Shown here: positions 15,101 through 26,585 of the stretch, in pieces
Numbering within the stretch: the stretch's first letter is position 1
Layout of the letters: each line of letters opens with the position of its first letter
Source of the DNA: Eledone cirrhosa
Lineage: Eukaryota
DNA: 64,000 nt
Assembly: GCA_964016885.1 (NCBI GenBank)
Contig: OZ024749.1
Location: forward strand, 21,018,001-21,082,000
Reading direction: 5' to 3'
Translations under genes and position numbers: made by a program
The notes under the pieces: generated by a model
Database searches by the model: none
What the model was told of the DNA's origin: nothing
What the model saw: only the letters and a program-made list of their open reading frames with translations

Positions 15101-15478
15101 ATTAACCCTGACTTCTCTTCTTCTTTCTTCCCCCTTCTTCTCCTTCCTTTCTTTCTTTCTTTTACCTTGTGTCATGGGATCGACGTTAACCTATGCTCCC
15201 ATCTCTTTCTGTTTTCGTTCATCTGACCAGTAGTAGCATACTATAAAATTTAGCCACGTCACTCCAGGGCGACCGGCTGAAGTTGAAGAAACAGAATAGC
15301 GGTCGCCCTCGGGTCTCGATTTTCAGCCCCATGGATTTTACCTATTACATTCACGTATTATATTTCGAATACCTGATGATATCACCGGATTCATACGGAA
15401 CCCGGTCATTGAAATGATCATAGTATAATAAACCTTTCAAGGATTTACACAAATCCAGCCTCCTGTCATTTCATTATA
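12192..15478. mobile_element. Non-coding PLE-type element with 587-bp inverted arms and hammerheads
   Basis: 12335-12921 is the reverse complement of 14892-15478 with few mismatches; tail 12192-12334; internal ~512-bp tandem (13989/14501) and ~230-bp tandem (13115/13345). Confidence 0.8.
15369..15426 (+). ncRNA. Minimal hammerhead with palindromic stem III (mirror copy 12387-12444, -)
   Basis: atac-CTGATGA-tatcaccgg...ccggtcatt-GAA-ATGATCAT-A-gtat; stem I atac/gtat; ATGATCAT palindrome typical of dimer-acting PLE hammerheads. Confidence 0.8.
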
Positions 15479-15616
15479 TTATATATATACATATATATTT
15501 ATATACATATATATACATATATACATATACATATATATATACATATATATATATTTATATACATATATATATACATATATATATATACATATATATATAT
15601 ACATATATATATATAC

Positions 15617-15665
<49 letters not shown>

Positions 15666-15667
15666 CA

Positions 15668-15719
<52 letters not shown>

Positions 15720-15722
<3 letters not shown>

Positions 15723-16131
15723 TGGCTGCCAACTCGTTTTCGAGTATGGCCACTACTTTATATCCATGTAGGAGAACCCCTACTGATGCGCTGAACGAGT
15801 GTGACTTTTTAGTCCAGCCAGCGACTTGAAAACTCTGGTACAAACACTACACTTGTGACAATTATTGACACATAGTGCTGGGCCCATTGTACCCTGTGAT
15901 GACAAGTGCAGAGAGATCTCCAGATATAAACCAATGCCTGTGCCGTAAAGCTTTTATAGTGAGCAAAGGCACTGCACAAAGCCAGTCCCACTCTCTTAAC
16001 CAAGATGATATTTACCAAAAAGAAGAACAAGTCAACATCATTGTATACCATCAAGGTTGCAGGTGTTATATCAGAGTTTTCCTTCTCCTAGAATTCTGCA
16101 TTGACAAAGGCTAAGGGGTCATCTCTCCCGG
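15720..16131 (-). mobile_element. RTE-derived bipartite non-autonomous element (subfamily 1), 5'-truncated
   Basis: RTE 5'UTR-type motif ctaggagaaggaaaactctga joined to an RTE 3' end; copies at 38813, 53882, 58960. Confidence 0.8.
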
Positions 16132-16166
<35 letters not shown>

Positions 16167-16403
16167 CATACATATATATATACATATATATATACATATT
16201 TATATACATACATATATATATATATACATATATATTTATATACATATATATATACATATATATATATATACATATATACATACATATATATATATATATA
16301 CATACATATATATATACATACATATATATATACATATATACATATATATATATATATACATATATATATAAACATATATATATACATACATATATATATA
16401 TAC

Positions 16404-16439
<36 letters not shown>

Positions 16440-16645
16440 GATGGCTGCCCCCTCGTTATCGAGTATGGCCATTGCACAAGAAAAAAAAAAAAAAATAAAT
16501 AAAATAAAATAAAATAAAATAAAATAAAATAAAAGAAAAAAAAATATAATAATAATAATAATAATAGCAATAATAATAATAACGACAACAACAATAATAA
16601 TATACATATTCATATATATATACACACACACGCACGCACATAAGC

Positions 16646-16677
<32 letters not shown>

Positions 16678-16685
16678 GATAGCAA

Positions 16686-19600
16686 CTAACAGTGCTGCGA
16701 TCGAATGTGGCTTTTTAGCCCAGCCAATGATCTAAAATGTCTTGCACAGAGTCGGCAACCAAAACATTCACTGGGAATAGTCGGCTGTGGTTGGAGTACG
16801 TGTACTTTTGCATGTCGCTTGAGCCCTCCTGCTGATTTACATTCTCTACCACATGTTTGGCAAGCATGATGAGTAGCATCTCCAACAACAGCCTGGTAGT
16901 CAACCACTGGTCTTACTTTATGACTGCGAAGATGACTTTCGAGTCCAGCTTTGCTTAGGCAGAGTCTCGCACAGACGCTGCATGTCAGAACCATAGGAGG
17001 ACCCTCGCCGTCTGGAAGTGCAACAGCAATGCCCTTCCTCACGTCCTGCTTTACTTTCTTGTGTGCGATTCGAGATGCCTCAAAGGCAACTTTTCCCTCA
17101 TATACAGTCTTTCTCCACTTATTACGATCAGCAGCAATATTTTCCCATGTATCAGCAGAGATGTTGGCGTCTTTCAGAGAGGCTTTCAAGGAATCCTTAT
17201 ACCTCTTTTTTGGTTTATGTGGCGGTCGTTTTCCTTTAACCAACTCTCCATAGAAGAGTTGTTTTGGTATTCTAGAATCCTTCATCCTGGCAAGGTGACC
17301 TCTCCAACGGAGTCGTTGCTTAAGCACAAGAGCTTCTATACTGTCACACATAGAGCTTTCCAAAATCTCGACATCACTGATGTGGTCCCTCCAGTGAACG
17401 CCATGGATCCGTCTGAGACACATCTGATGGAAACGCTCCAATTGCTTAAGGTGGCGTCGATATGTGACCCAGGTCTCGCAGGCATAAAGAAGACAAGAGA
17501 GTACACATGCCCTGTACACCTTTACCTTTGTCCTCCTGCATATGTCTCGCTGACCCCAGAGTCGCCTTTCTAGCTTTCCGAAAGCATCACTTGCTTTCCT
17601 AATCCTAAGTGAGATTTCACCGTCAAGGTTGCCGTATCGATTGACAGTGCTTCCCAGGTAGACAAACTGATCAACCACTCCGAGTCGTTTGCCATACACA
17701 TAGATGTTTGGTTCAGTGTACTGCTTACTAGGGGCAGGTTGGTACATGACGACGGTTTTCTTGAGACTGACAGCCAAACCCAGGGCAGTGCAAGCGTCAG
17801 AAAATACATTCAAAATGTGCTGCATATCACTCTCTGTGTGCGCTACAAGATCGCAATCATCTGCATACAAGAGGTCTCTTATGACTGATGTAAATACTTT
17901 TGTCTTCGCAGCAAAGCGCCTGATGTTAAATATGCTGCCTGAGGTTCGATATCGGATGTAAACACCATGCTCGCAATTCCTGAATGCAATACAGAAAACC
18001 ATTGCAAAGTATATGGCAAACAGGGTCGGTGCTGGAATATCCCCCTGTTTCACTCCATTTTTTACTGAGATAGGCTCCGACATTAACCCAAGCCTTCATG
18101 TCGTCATGGAAAGACCTAACTAAAGCAAGGAACTTATCAGGGCAACCAAGTTTCTGGGGAACCTTCCATAATGCATCTCTGTTGACAGTATCGAAAGCCT
18201 TTGTCAGATCGACAAAAACCTGATACAGATCCAAGCCCTGTTCAATGCACTTCTCCTGGAGCTGTCTAGCTGAGAAGATCATATCAGCAGTGCCGCGTCC
18301 AGCACGAAAACCAGATTGACTTTCAGGAAGGACACAATCTGCAATGTGTGTCAGCAGACGGTCCAGAAGCACCCTACATAAAACTTTCCCTACGACAGAA
18401 AGCAATGATATACCTCTGTAGTTCCCACAATCATTCCTGTTACCCTTTCCCTTGTACAAGACCACCATTACTGCATCTCTCCAGTCCTCAGGCACGGATT
18501 CATTAGCCCATATCCCTCCAAACAGAGAGTGAAGATGTTGCAGGAGTCTCTCACCACCATATTGTAGGAGCTCAGCATGTATGCCATCCATACCTGGAGA
18601 TCTTCCACTGTTCAGCTTCGAAATAGCCACTGCAACCTCCACAAGCGTCGGAGGTTCTGCGAGAGCTACTTTCACAGGACTTTCCGGAATGAGATTGAGG
18701 AAATCTTCACTGACGACAGACGGATTCAAAAGATCATCAAAGTGCTCTCGCCACCTTCGTAGAATTCCCTGTGAGTCACGAAGAAGTTCTTTGCCATCCT
18801 TGCTGCGAATCGGTGTCACCAGAGAAGAAGACGGTCCATAAACCTCACGCAAGAGACTGTACAACAGCTTTGTGTTATTGCAATCAGACGCAGTTTGTAT
18901 CTCACCAGCCTTCTCACTCCACCACTGATCCTTCATCTGAGAAAGACTCCGCCTAACACGTGATTTTACATCCCTGAGCCCCTCATGCAACGTATTCCTC
19001 TCCTGTGGTTTTGCCGTCAAGTAGCGTGACAGAGCACGCCTCTTATCAGCCAACAAGTCTTCTATATGTACATCATTCTCATTAAACCAGTCCTGATGTT
19101 TTCTCTGCACCAATCCCAGAACACGTCTGCCTACATCATAAACCGACTTTTTAAGGGTCGGCCAATCCTCACCAAGATCTGCAGCCTGCATCTCTTCTTC
19201 CAATGTCCTCTTCACATTTTTATCCTTAAGACGAGCAGCATTCAATCTTTTGGGCAGGGCAACACCAGGAGCCCGGATTTTACGTTTGGTGATTAGATTC
19301 ACTTTTGCGCGTACCAGGCGGTGGTCCGTCCAGCATTCAGCTCCACGAAGAACACGAACACACTGCACATCCTGTCTGTCACGCATCCTGACTAGGACGT
19401 AGTCCAAAAGATGCCATTCCTTAGATGCAGGATGCATCCATGTGGTCTTGAATTTGTTCTTTTGTTGGAACATGGTGTTGGTAACACACAGATCCAGCTC
19501 CTCACACATCTGCAGCAAGAGCATACCATTGCTGTTACACTTTCCCACCCCATGCCTTCCGATTACATTCCATGTCACCAAGCACGATGACTTTGTCTGC

Positions 19601-20182
19601 CTGAGGGATATTTCTTAGAACACCTTTCAAGGCATGGTAAAAGGACAGTTTTTCTTCATCGACAGAATTCATAGTTGGAGCATACACACTCACCAGGGTA
19701 GCATATCTTCCCTTGTCCAGCGGAACTCTCATGGACATAAGACGCTCACTAATCCCTACTGGGAATTCTTCTAATTTATTCACCAGTACAGTCTTAACAG
19801 CAAATCCTACCCCAGCCTCTCTTCTGGTTCCTTCATCTCTTCCTTTCCAGAAGAATGTATATTCTCCACAAAATTCCGTAAGATGACCATCTCCAGCTAA
19901 CCTCGTCTCAGATAAAGCCACGATGTCAAGATCGTAACGTCGAAGCTCCTTTGCAACAAGAGCGGTCCTTCGTTCAGGACGCTCCAAAGAATCCCTGTCA
20001 AGCAGCGTCCGTACGTTCCAGCAGCCAAGACTAAATGCCCTGTTTGGCTCTATTACAATGGCACGATGACGGGCGGGCCCAGGTTGTGATAACTTGGGGC
20101 CCCTGCCCTTATTGCCAATGATCTTTTTGGTTCCAGAACCCAAATTGGCAATTATCTCGTTTACATTGTTCTGGAACATCAT
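16686..20182 (-). pseudogene. RTE ORF (APE-RT-C2H2 x3) with two frameshifts (~19580, ~18075)
   Basis: WNVRT, ALSETR, YAPT, DHRLV, YRGISLL, QSGFR, FVDLTKAFD, GVKQGD, LYADD; C-terminal CSVC..H, CQTC..H, CRLC..H fingers. Confidence 0.93.
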
Positions 20183-20494
20183 TGAATTGGAAAAAAAAAA
20201 AAAAAAGTAATAATAATAGTAATAATAATAATAATAATAATGATTTCATTTATTGGCCACAAGGGCCGACATATAGGGGACAACACAATAGACAGGGACA
20301 GTGGGGGTTTACATAGAGATCGAGTAAGTATAAATAACAAAAAAACAAAATAACAATAAAAATACAACAATGAAAGTTCCCCAATAAGAGGGATCACCAC
20401 CCAGGGTTGACTCAAGCACCCCACCAGTCCTGAGCCACCCGACGCTCCTAGGGCACCCGGGAAGGGCACCCCTCTCCTTCTCGAATTCACCAGC

Positions 20495-23400
20495 CTACAG
20501 GCGCATGATCAGAGTAGGCCCACTCACGCGGGCCATTCTCGCCACATTCACCCACCTTTCAGTAAATGTACTGGGGGGCAGCACTTCTCTCTCCACCCTC
20601 ACCTTCCTTTCCAAGTGAAACTTGAAGAAGTTGATGAGGGATTGGCCGAAGAGAAAAGTGTCTGTCTTCAGTCCTTTCAACCTGGTCCACCATGCAACCT
20701 CTTTCGCTACTGCCACCAGGCAGAGGAAAATTGCCTGCCCTTCCTGACCAAAAGAAGGCGGCGGGTCAATCTTCACTATGGACTCGGACGATAGCCGGAT
20801 CCGTTCTACACGCGACAATAGCTGTTCGACATAACCCCACAAGTCAGCAATGCACGGACACTGGACGAGTGCGTGCAGAACGGTTTCGTCGCTCTGCGCG
20901 CATCTCGGGCAGGTTCGTCTGACAGCACTTCCGTGCCTGTAGAGTTTATCCCGAACCGGCAGCGCCCCCCGGTAGCACTGCCAAGCGAGGGATTTCTGGA
21001 AGTTATCCATCGTCCCCGGCTCGAAAGTCCTCCGGAACATACTGGTCAGTTCTACTTCGTTGACGCCCAGAGCCTCTCCTAGTACGTCATCGCACTTGCC
21101 CTCCACTAATCCTCTATAGAAATCTTGAGTGGAAGTTCCACTGACCGCATTGCCCACCTTGCAGAGTGCAGTGAGCGCCTGGCAACATTCCAGATGCCAG
21201 TCGCCCAGTCTCGGTCTCTTCTTGACCCAGGACTGCAGCTCAGTCAAAGAGATGAGCTGCGGAAAGGCCCGTCTAACAAACGGCGACCACACCTGTTCAC
21301 CGTTTAGGCAAAATATCTGGAGATGTCGCAGCCTCAGCGCATGTCTGCGCATCATTAGCCACGGCATGCCCAGCCCTCCACGAAGAGGGTGCTGGCAGCA
21401 GATGGACCGCCTCACCAACGGGACCCGTCCCCTCCACAAAAATTTGAAAAGGAGCCGTTCTAAATTGGCGAGGCGTGGACGGGGGCAAGGCACGACGGTC
21501 AGGCGGTAGTAGATGACGGACGCGATGTACGCGTTCGCCACCTCCGCCCGCCCTTTCAGTGATAGCTTTCTCTCAGCCCATTTCTGGGTGAGGTTGGCTA
21601 TCCTGCTCGTCACCTCGTCCCAATTCTTATCCACCTGGAGGTCTGGTCCGAACCAAACCCCGAGCAACTTTACCGGTCCGTCTGTCCAGCGCCCAACGAC
21701 GCTGTTGGACGGCATGGACTTGCCTCTCCAGGTGCCGAGCTGCAAGCCCACCGACTTTTCCGGGTTAAGTTTTGCTCCCGTCAACCTTTCATATTCCTCC
21801 AAATGGGTGCGGATCACCTCGATTTCCGAGGTGTCCGACACCATCACGGTGATGTCGTCCGCATAAGCGGACGCAGCCTTTCTACGTCCCGGTTCGAGCG
21901 GGATGCCCTGCAACAACTCCAGCTTCCGCAGTAGAGGCTCAAGAGTCAATACGTACAGAAGTGAGGAGAGAGGGCACCCTTGACGGACCGATCGAGAGAT
22001 CTGAAACGGTTCCGAGAGGTGGCCATTAACTTTGACCACCGAGCGGATGCCGCTGTACATTGCAGCGATCCAGCTTCTGAAGACGGGGCCGAAGCCAGCC
22101 GCCTCGAGGACAGCCTCCAAGTACCGATGGTCGACCCTATCGAATGCTTTCGATTGATCTAAATTGATCAGAGCCCCACCGAAGCCAGGTTTGCACCCAA
22201 CCCTCTCTATGATGTATCGCATGAGGTGGAGGTTGTCGTGTATGGACCTGGTCGGGATTGCGCAAGTTTGCGCCTCCCCAACCAAATCTTTGACGACAAG
22301 CGCCAACCTTTTCGCTAACACCTTGGCCAAAATCTTAAACTCTGTGTTGAGCAGGGTTATGGGCCTGAAATTATCTAGTGTGTCCCTCTTGTTCTCGTCT
22401 TTCCTTATCAGCGTCACTACGCCACGGCTCACAGAACTGGGAATGCTCCCGTTCTGCTGCCAGTTGCAGTAGAGCGCTTCGAGGAGATCGGAGAACAAGT
22501 CTGGCATATTTACGTAAAGCTCGTAGGGCAGACCATCCAAACCGGGTGACTTGCGACTCGAGCAGCCGACAAGGGCGTCCTGAATTTCGGCTGATGTTAT
22601 CGGCTCTTCGCAGCGCTCAGCGTCGGCCGTCGAGAGGCGTGGCAAGCCGTCGAGGTAGGGACTGAAGTCCGCCGCCGTCTCCGACTCACCCATCCTCCCG
22701 AACAATCGAGCAAAGTGCTGGCGAAAGGCCTCACACATCTGCTTGGAATCGCTCAGTTCGTGTCCATCTCGATCCGTCAAAGACCGAATTGTGGTTTTAT
22801 TTCCACGCTGCGTCTCTGCAAAGCGAGCCCATCGGGCAGCTTTGGTTCCCTCGTTCCTCAGAGCACGCGCCTTAGCTCTGACAATGCAACCTTCGTGTTT
22901 CGCATTGAAGAAATGGTCTAGTGCCATTCTCGCCGCTAGCACGTCTGTTGCAATGCCACTACAAATAGCCTCGTCTAACTTAGCTATCAGCCCCTCCTCC
23001 TTTCTATTTTTCTCTATTGCTACTTCTTTGCTAAATCCTATCGAGGTTGCTCTAATCTCTCTTTTGAGTGCCCCCCACCACCTGTTGTTGACAACCCCCC
23101 CTGTCAACTTTTGCTTAACTAAGTTGTTGACCCGGTCCCTGTAAGCTTTACGTGCCGGAAACGACATGTTTAGCTTCCAGTAGCTAGGTCCTAACCTACG
23201 TGTCTTATCTAGGTCGACCATACAGATCACAAGCTTGTGATCTGAATAGGCAACCGTTTTAAAATGTGGACATCCTACACTATTTCTATCTCTTTTCCTA
23301 ATGAAAATCCTATCTATGTACGATCTAGATGACCCTATGCGATTGGTCCAGGTCCATACTGGCGCATTAGGGAAATCTAGTCGGTACCTGTCAGACAGTT

Positions 23401-23914
23401 GAAACTGGCTGATCAGGTACTTGAGGCTTTTGCACCCCCCGCTCCTATCAGATACTCCCACACAATCCCAGCGTGCTTCTAAGATGCCATTCCAATCCCC
23501 TATTAACAGTAAAGGGCGAGACGTAAGCAGAAAGTTTTCCAGGCGCCTAAAGAAGTCCGGCCGACCGGCCCCAGTAGGGGCGTAGACGGCCACCAGTCTA
23601 AAGGCACCACCTTCGCTATTGCTCACGTCCAGGACCACCAACTTTCCGTCAGGATCCCGGAAGATTGACCTTACCTCGAGATCCAGACATTTCCTAAACA
23701 GCACAGCCACTCCACCTCCCATTCCCGGCCGACTAACAGATGCAAAGATCTGATAATCGTCGAAAATCGGCGCCAGTGCGCGTGTGTCGGAAATTCTGGT
23801 CTCGCTGATGGCAATTACATCCATTCCTAGTGACCTGAGGTCGTTGAGCAAGTGACCTTGCTTCCAGGGCGACCCCAGGCCACGAACATTTAAACTTCCT
23901 ACTCTTATGGCCAT
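20495..23914 (-). CDS. Tx1/L1 ORF2 (APE endonuclease, RT, C-terminal Zn finger), intact 1139 aa
   Basis: LNVRGL, ISET, YAPT, GDWN, SDH; FRPITLLN, DQSKAFDRV, QGCPLS, AYADD; CPRC...ETVLHALVQC. Confidence 0.96.
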   Translation of the reverse strand: MAIRVGSLNVRGLGSPWKQGHLLNDLRSLGMDVIAISETRISDTRALAPIFDDYQIFASVSRPGMGGGVAVLFRKCLDLEVRSIFRDPDGKLVVLDVSNSEGGAFRLVAVYAPTGAGRPDFFRRLENFLLTSRPLLLIGDWNGILEARWDCVGVSDRSGGCKSLKYLISQFQLSDRYRLDFPNAPVWTWTNRIGSSRSYIDRIFIRKRDRNSVGCPHFKTVAYSDHKLVICMVDLDKTRRLGPSYWKLNMSFPARKAYRDRVNNLVKQKLTGGVVNNRWWGALKREIRATSIGFSKEVAIEKNRKEEGLIAKLDEAICSGIATDVLAARMALDHFFNAKHEGCIVRAKARALRNEGTKAARWARFAETQRGNKTTIRSLTDRDGHELSDSKQMCEAFRQHFARLFGRMGESETAADFSPYLDGLPRLSTADAERCEEPITSAEIQDALVGCSSRKSPGLDGLPYELYVNMPDLFSDLLEALYCNWQQNGSIPSSVSRGVVTLIRKDENKRDTLDNFRPITLLNTEFKILAKVLAKRLALVVKDLVGEAQTCAIPTRSIHDNLHLMRYIIERVGCKPGFGGALINLDQSKAFDRVDHRYLEAVLEAAGFGPVFRSWIAAMYSGIRSVVKVNGHLSEPFQISRSVRQGCPLSSLLYVLTLEPLLRKLELLQGIPLEPGRRKAASAYADDITVMVSDTSEIEVIRTHLEEYERLTGAKLNPEKSVGLQLGTWRGKSMPSNSVVGRWTDGPVKLLGVWFGPDLQVDKNWDEVTSRIANLTQKWAERKLSLKGRAEVANAYIASVIYYRLTVVPCPRPRLANLERLLFKFLWRGRVPLVRRSICCQHPLRGGLGMPWLMMRRHALRLRHLQIFCLNGEQVWSPFVRRAFPQLISLTELQSWVKKRPRLGDWHLECCQALTALCKVGNAVSGTSTQDFYRGLVEGKCDDVLGEALGVNEVELTSMFRRTFEPGTMDNFQKSLAWQCYRGALPVRDKLYRHGSAVRRTCPRCAQSDETVLHALVQCPCIADLWGYVEQLLSRVERIRLSSESIVKIDPPPSFGQEGQAIFLCLVAVAKEVAWWTRLKGLKTDTFLFGQSLINFFKFHLERKVRVEREVLPPSTFTERWVNVARMARVSGPTLIMRL

Positions 23915-23943
23915 GCTGGCAGGATGAATGGGAGAGGAAAGGT

Positions 23944-25853
23944 TTACTTACCTTCCGGGGTCTTGTGAAGGTCGGGTGGTTCGACCTCCATGGTTTGTGG
24001 GGTTTCTTTTGGGAACCCCTTTAATAGTCTTGACGTGGGTTTTACGTTCGGGGTTCCCACATCCCGAGGAAAGCTCTTTCGAATTTCTTTGTATGAAGCG
24101 AGCGACATTCGCATCAGAAGCAAATTATCTGGTACGCGAAATGTGCTCGCTTCAAATGTTTCCCCGTCTTTTTCGATGTTTGTGCTTCGTGCTACATGGG
24201 CCATCAATTCCTTGTTGGCCCTTCTGGCAAGCACGAAGTTTTTAATGTTTTGTTGCTCGGGTTTTATTTGTTCGTGTGATTGTGGTGGTGATAGCTTTGT
24301 TAGTGTTGTTTCTATTGTGTCTGCGTTTGTTGTGGGTGGGGTGTCTGTAGTTTCTGATGTTTGTGTGTCTATTTGTTCTTGTGTCTGTTTAGCTTGTTTG
24401 CGTTTGGGGGATTTTGGTGGTTGTGTTGGTGATGCTGTGGGGAAAATGTTTGTGTGGGTGGTGTGTGTATTTTTTTTTGTGGGGGTGTTTGTGCTTTGTG
24501 GATTTCTTTTTTTTTGTGTTTTGTTTTTTGTATTTTGGGGGACTTTGGTTTTCCCTCATCTTCACTGCTGGAGGATGAGGGGTCTGTGGCTGTGAGCGTG
24601 TTTGTGTCTGAGTGAGTGTTTATGTTCTTGTTCGTGTGTGTATTTTTGAGGGGAGGGGGAATGGGAGAGCTTTCCTCGTTTCCCCCCTGGGTGTGCAATT
24701 TTGGTGGTTCCATTGTTGACGGTGTTGCTGGTGGTCCTTGTCCCGGCGTCGCCAGCAGTGGAATCTTTCGACCCCTTGCGCTTTTCGGCAGTTGAGGGCA
24801 GAAGGCTCGCAAGTGTGTCGTTTCCCCACAAAGGAAACAATGCGGCCTTTTGCCCTCAGTCATTATATGCAACACCCTCCCGTTTTGGAGGCGGATGTGG
24901 TCCGGGATTGTTTTTACGTTTTCGGGTCTGATTTGGAGCAGTATCTCCAGATCAACCCCGGACCAGTCGTCCCTGGCAGTTCTCGTTGCCTCTACCGGGA
25001 CTGTATCCGTTCCTTCCACGATTACGCAACCCAGGAGCCACCACATATCAAGTCCTGGTGGAATCCTGGGAATGCGCACACGTGCTATTCGTTTTCCCAT
25101 GTGGGAGGGGTACATTATGACCTTGCTGGTTTTGCAAGGGGTCATTGAATGCTTCACAGCGAGGGCTTCAGACTTGAACAGCACCGAAACGGTGCCGTAT
25201 TGCCTGCCCCTCTCTATGAAGTCTGTGTCCTCTCTGATGTATTTCAGTGCGGCTTCTATGTCAGCTTGGGCGATTATCGCTGCCCTCTTTGTCTCTACTG
25301 AGATGCATCTGAAATGCACCGTTCTTTTTTCCACTGCCTCAATGGCTTCTGCCGGGACAGTTAAGTTTGCCCAGGTCTGCTCTTGATTTATGATTTTCCA
25401 GGCCTGGGCCAACTTTTCCTCTCTGTTGGTTAAGTCGATGCTGTAGCATGGTCTCCTTTTAGCCGCTGCCACAGCAGCGAAAGTGTTCTTGTTGGTGTTG
25501 TCACTGTTGTTGTTCTTGTTGGTGTTGCTGCTGCTATTGCTGTTGTTGTTCTCCCCTGTGTCGTGGTTACCTTCTGTGCTGTTGGCCTTGTTGGTGCTGC
25601 TGCTGTCGCTACTATTACTCTCTGTGCTGTTCGTTTTGTTGGTGCTCTCGTTATTACCACCTTCTGCGCTGTTCGGCTTGTTGGTGTTGGTGTTGTCGCT
25701 GTTACCACCTTCCGCGCCGCTCGGCCCGTTGGTGCTGGCACTGTCGCTGCTCACATTCGTGCTGGTGGCGCTCCTCGCCTCACCTCTCCTCTCAACGCTC
25801 AAGTCGCCGTTGCACGACAGCAGACCCGCCTCTAGGGGGCGTGGCTCCGCCAT
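23944..25853 (-). CDS. Tx1 ORF1 (N/S/T-rich N-terminus, CCHC zinc knuckle), split by a frameshift near the poly-T runs at ~24470-24530
   Basis: CFLCGETTHLRAFC knuckle; C-terminal piece 23944-24234 (DVGTPNVKPTSRLLK) aligns with ORF1 of the 61-63 kb copy (DVGNSCVKPLNRVLLK). Confidence 0.85.
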
Positions 25854-26534
25854 GTTTTTTTGAGAAAAAAATTATTATTTTTTTTTTTTTCAAAATAAAG
25901 TTCAAATATTTGGGCCAAAAGGCCCAAATATTATGAGTTATTCCTTCACAGGATACAAATTAATGTCTTATAATGCTTCAGCGGTACAAAAAATAAACAA
26001 TTCTCTACAATTAATCCTCAAAAATTGCTTACTCACGGAGCTTCAAAAAACGTACATCCACTTTCGTCAATAATAATAATAATAATAATAATAGTACACT
26101 ATTAATAATTATTAATGCACTCGTGCAATGCCTGTGCGTGACGAATATTTTTAAAGTGAGGAAAGACTGTGCACTGAGCCAATCCCACTCTCTGAGCGAC
26201 AGTAGCTATAACCCGAAAAGAAGAAAAGATCAACATCATCGGTAACTACTGAGCCGCAGGTTTTATATCGGAGTTAACCCAGTTTCCTGAGATGCCTTCT
26301 CCTAGAAGAATACCCTGACAAGGGCTAGGGGTTCTTCACTCCCAGTGGTTTAACTGCGCGATCGGGCATCCAGCCCGATTATTTCTGTCCCCGCGCGCAA
26401 AAAAAAAAAAAAAAAAAAATCACTTATTGACACTTATACGTACGACATACACACACACGCATACATATGCGCGCACACAGCAACACTCATACATACAACA
26501 AACACACACACACGCTACTCTACTCACTTACACG

Positions 26535-26585
<51 letters not shown>

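Larger units (their letters stand above)
20220..26068 (-). mobile_element. Full-length Tx1/L1-clade LINE inserted in an (AAT)n tract
   Basis: 5' end ~26068; ORF1, ORF2; 3'UTR with AATAAA and (ATT)n tail; (AAT)n on both sides. Confidence 0.92.
16438..26398 (-). mobile_element. Full-length RTE-clade LINE interrupted in its 5'UTR by a Tx1 LINE
   Basis: 3' end 16438; ORF pieces 16686-20182; 5'UTR resumes at 26069-26398. The deleted derivative at 40275-40580 joins this 5'UTR to this 3' end. Confidence 0.85.

Noticed and set aside
20692-25863. Plus-strand ORFs over the Tx1 element (likewise over the RTE)
   Set aside because: Antisense shadows of LINE ORFs without recognisable motifs.
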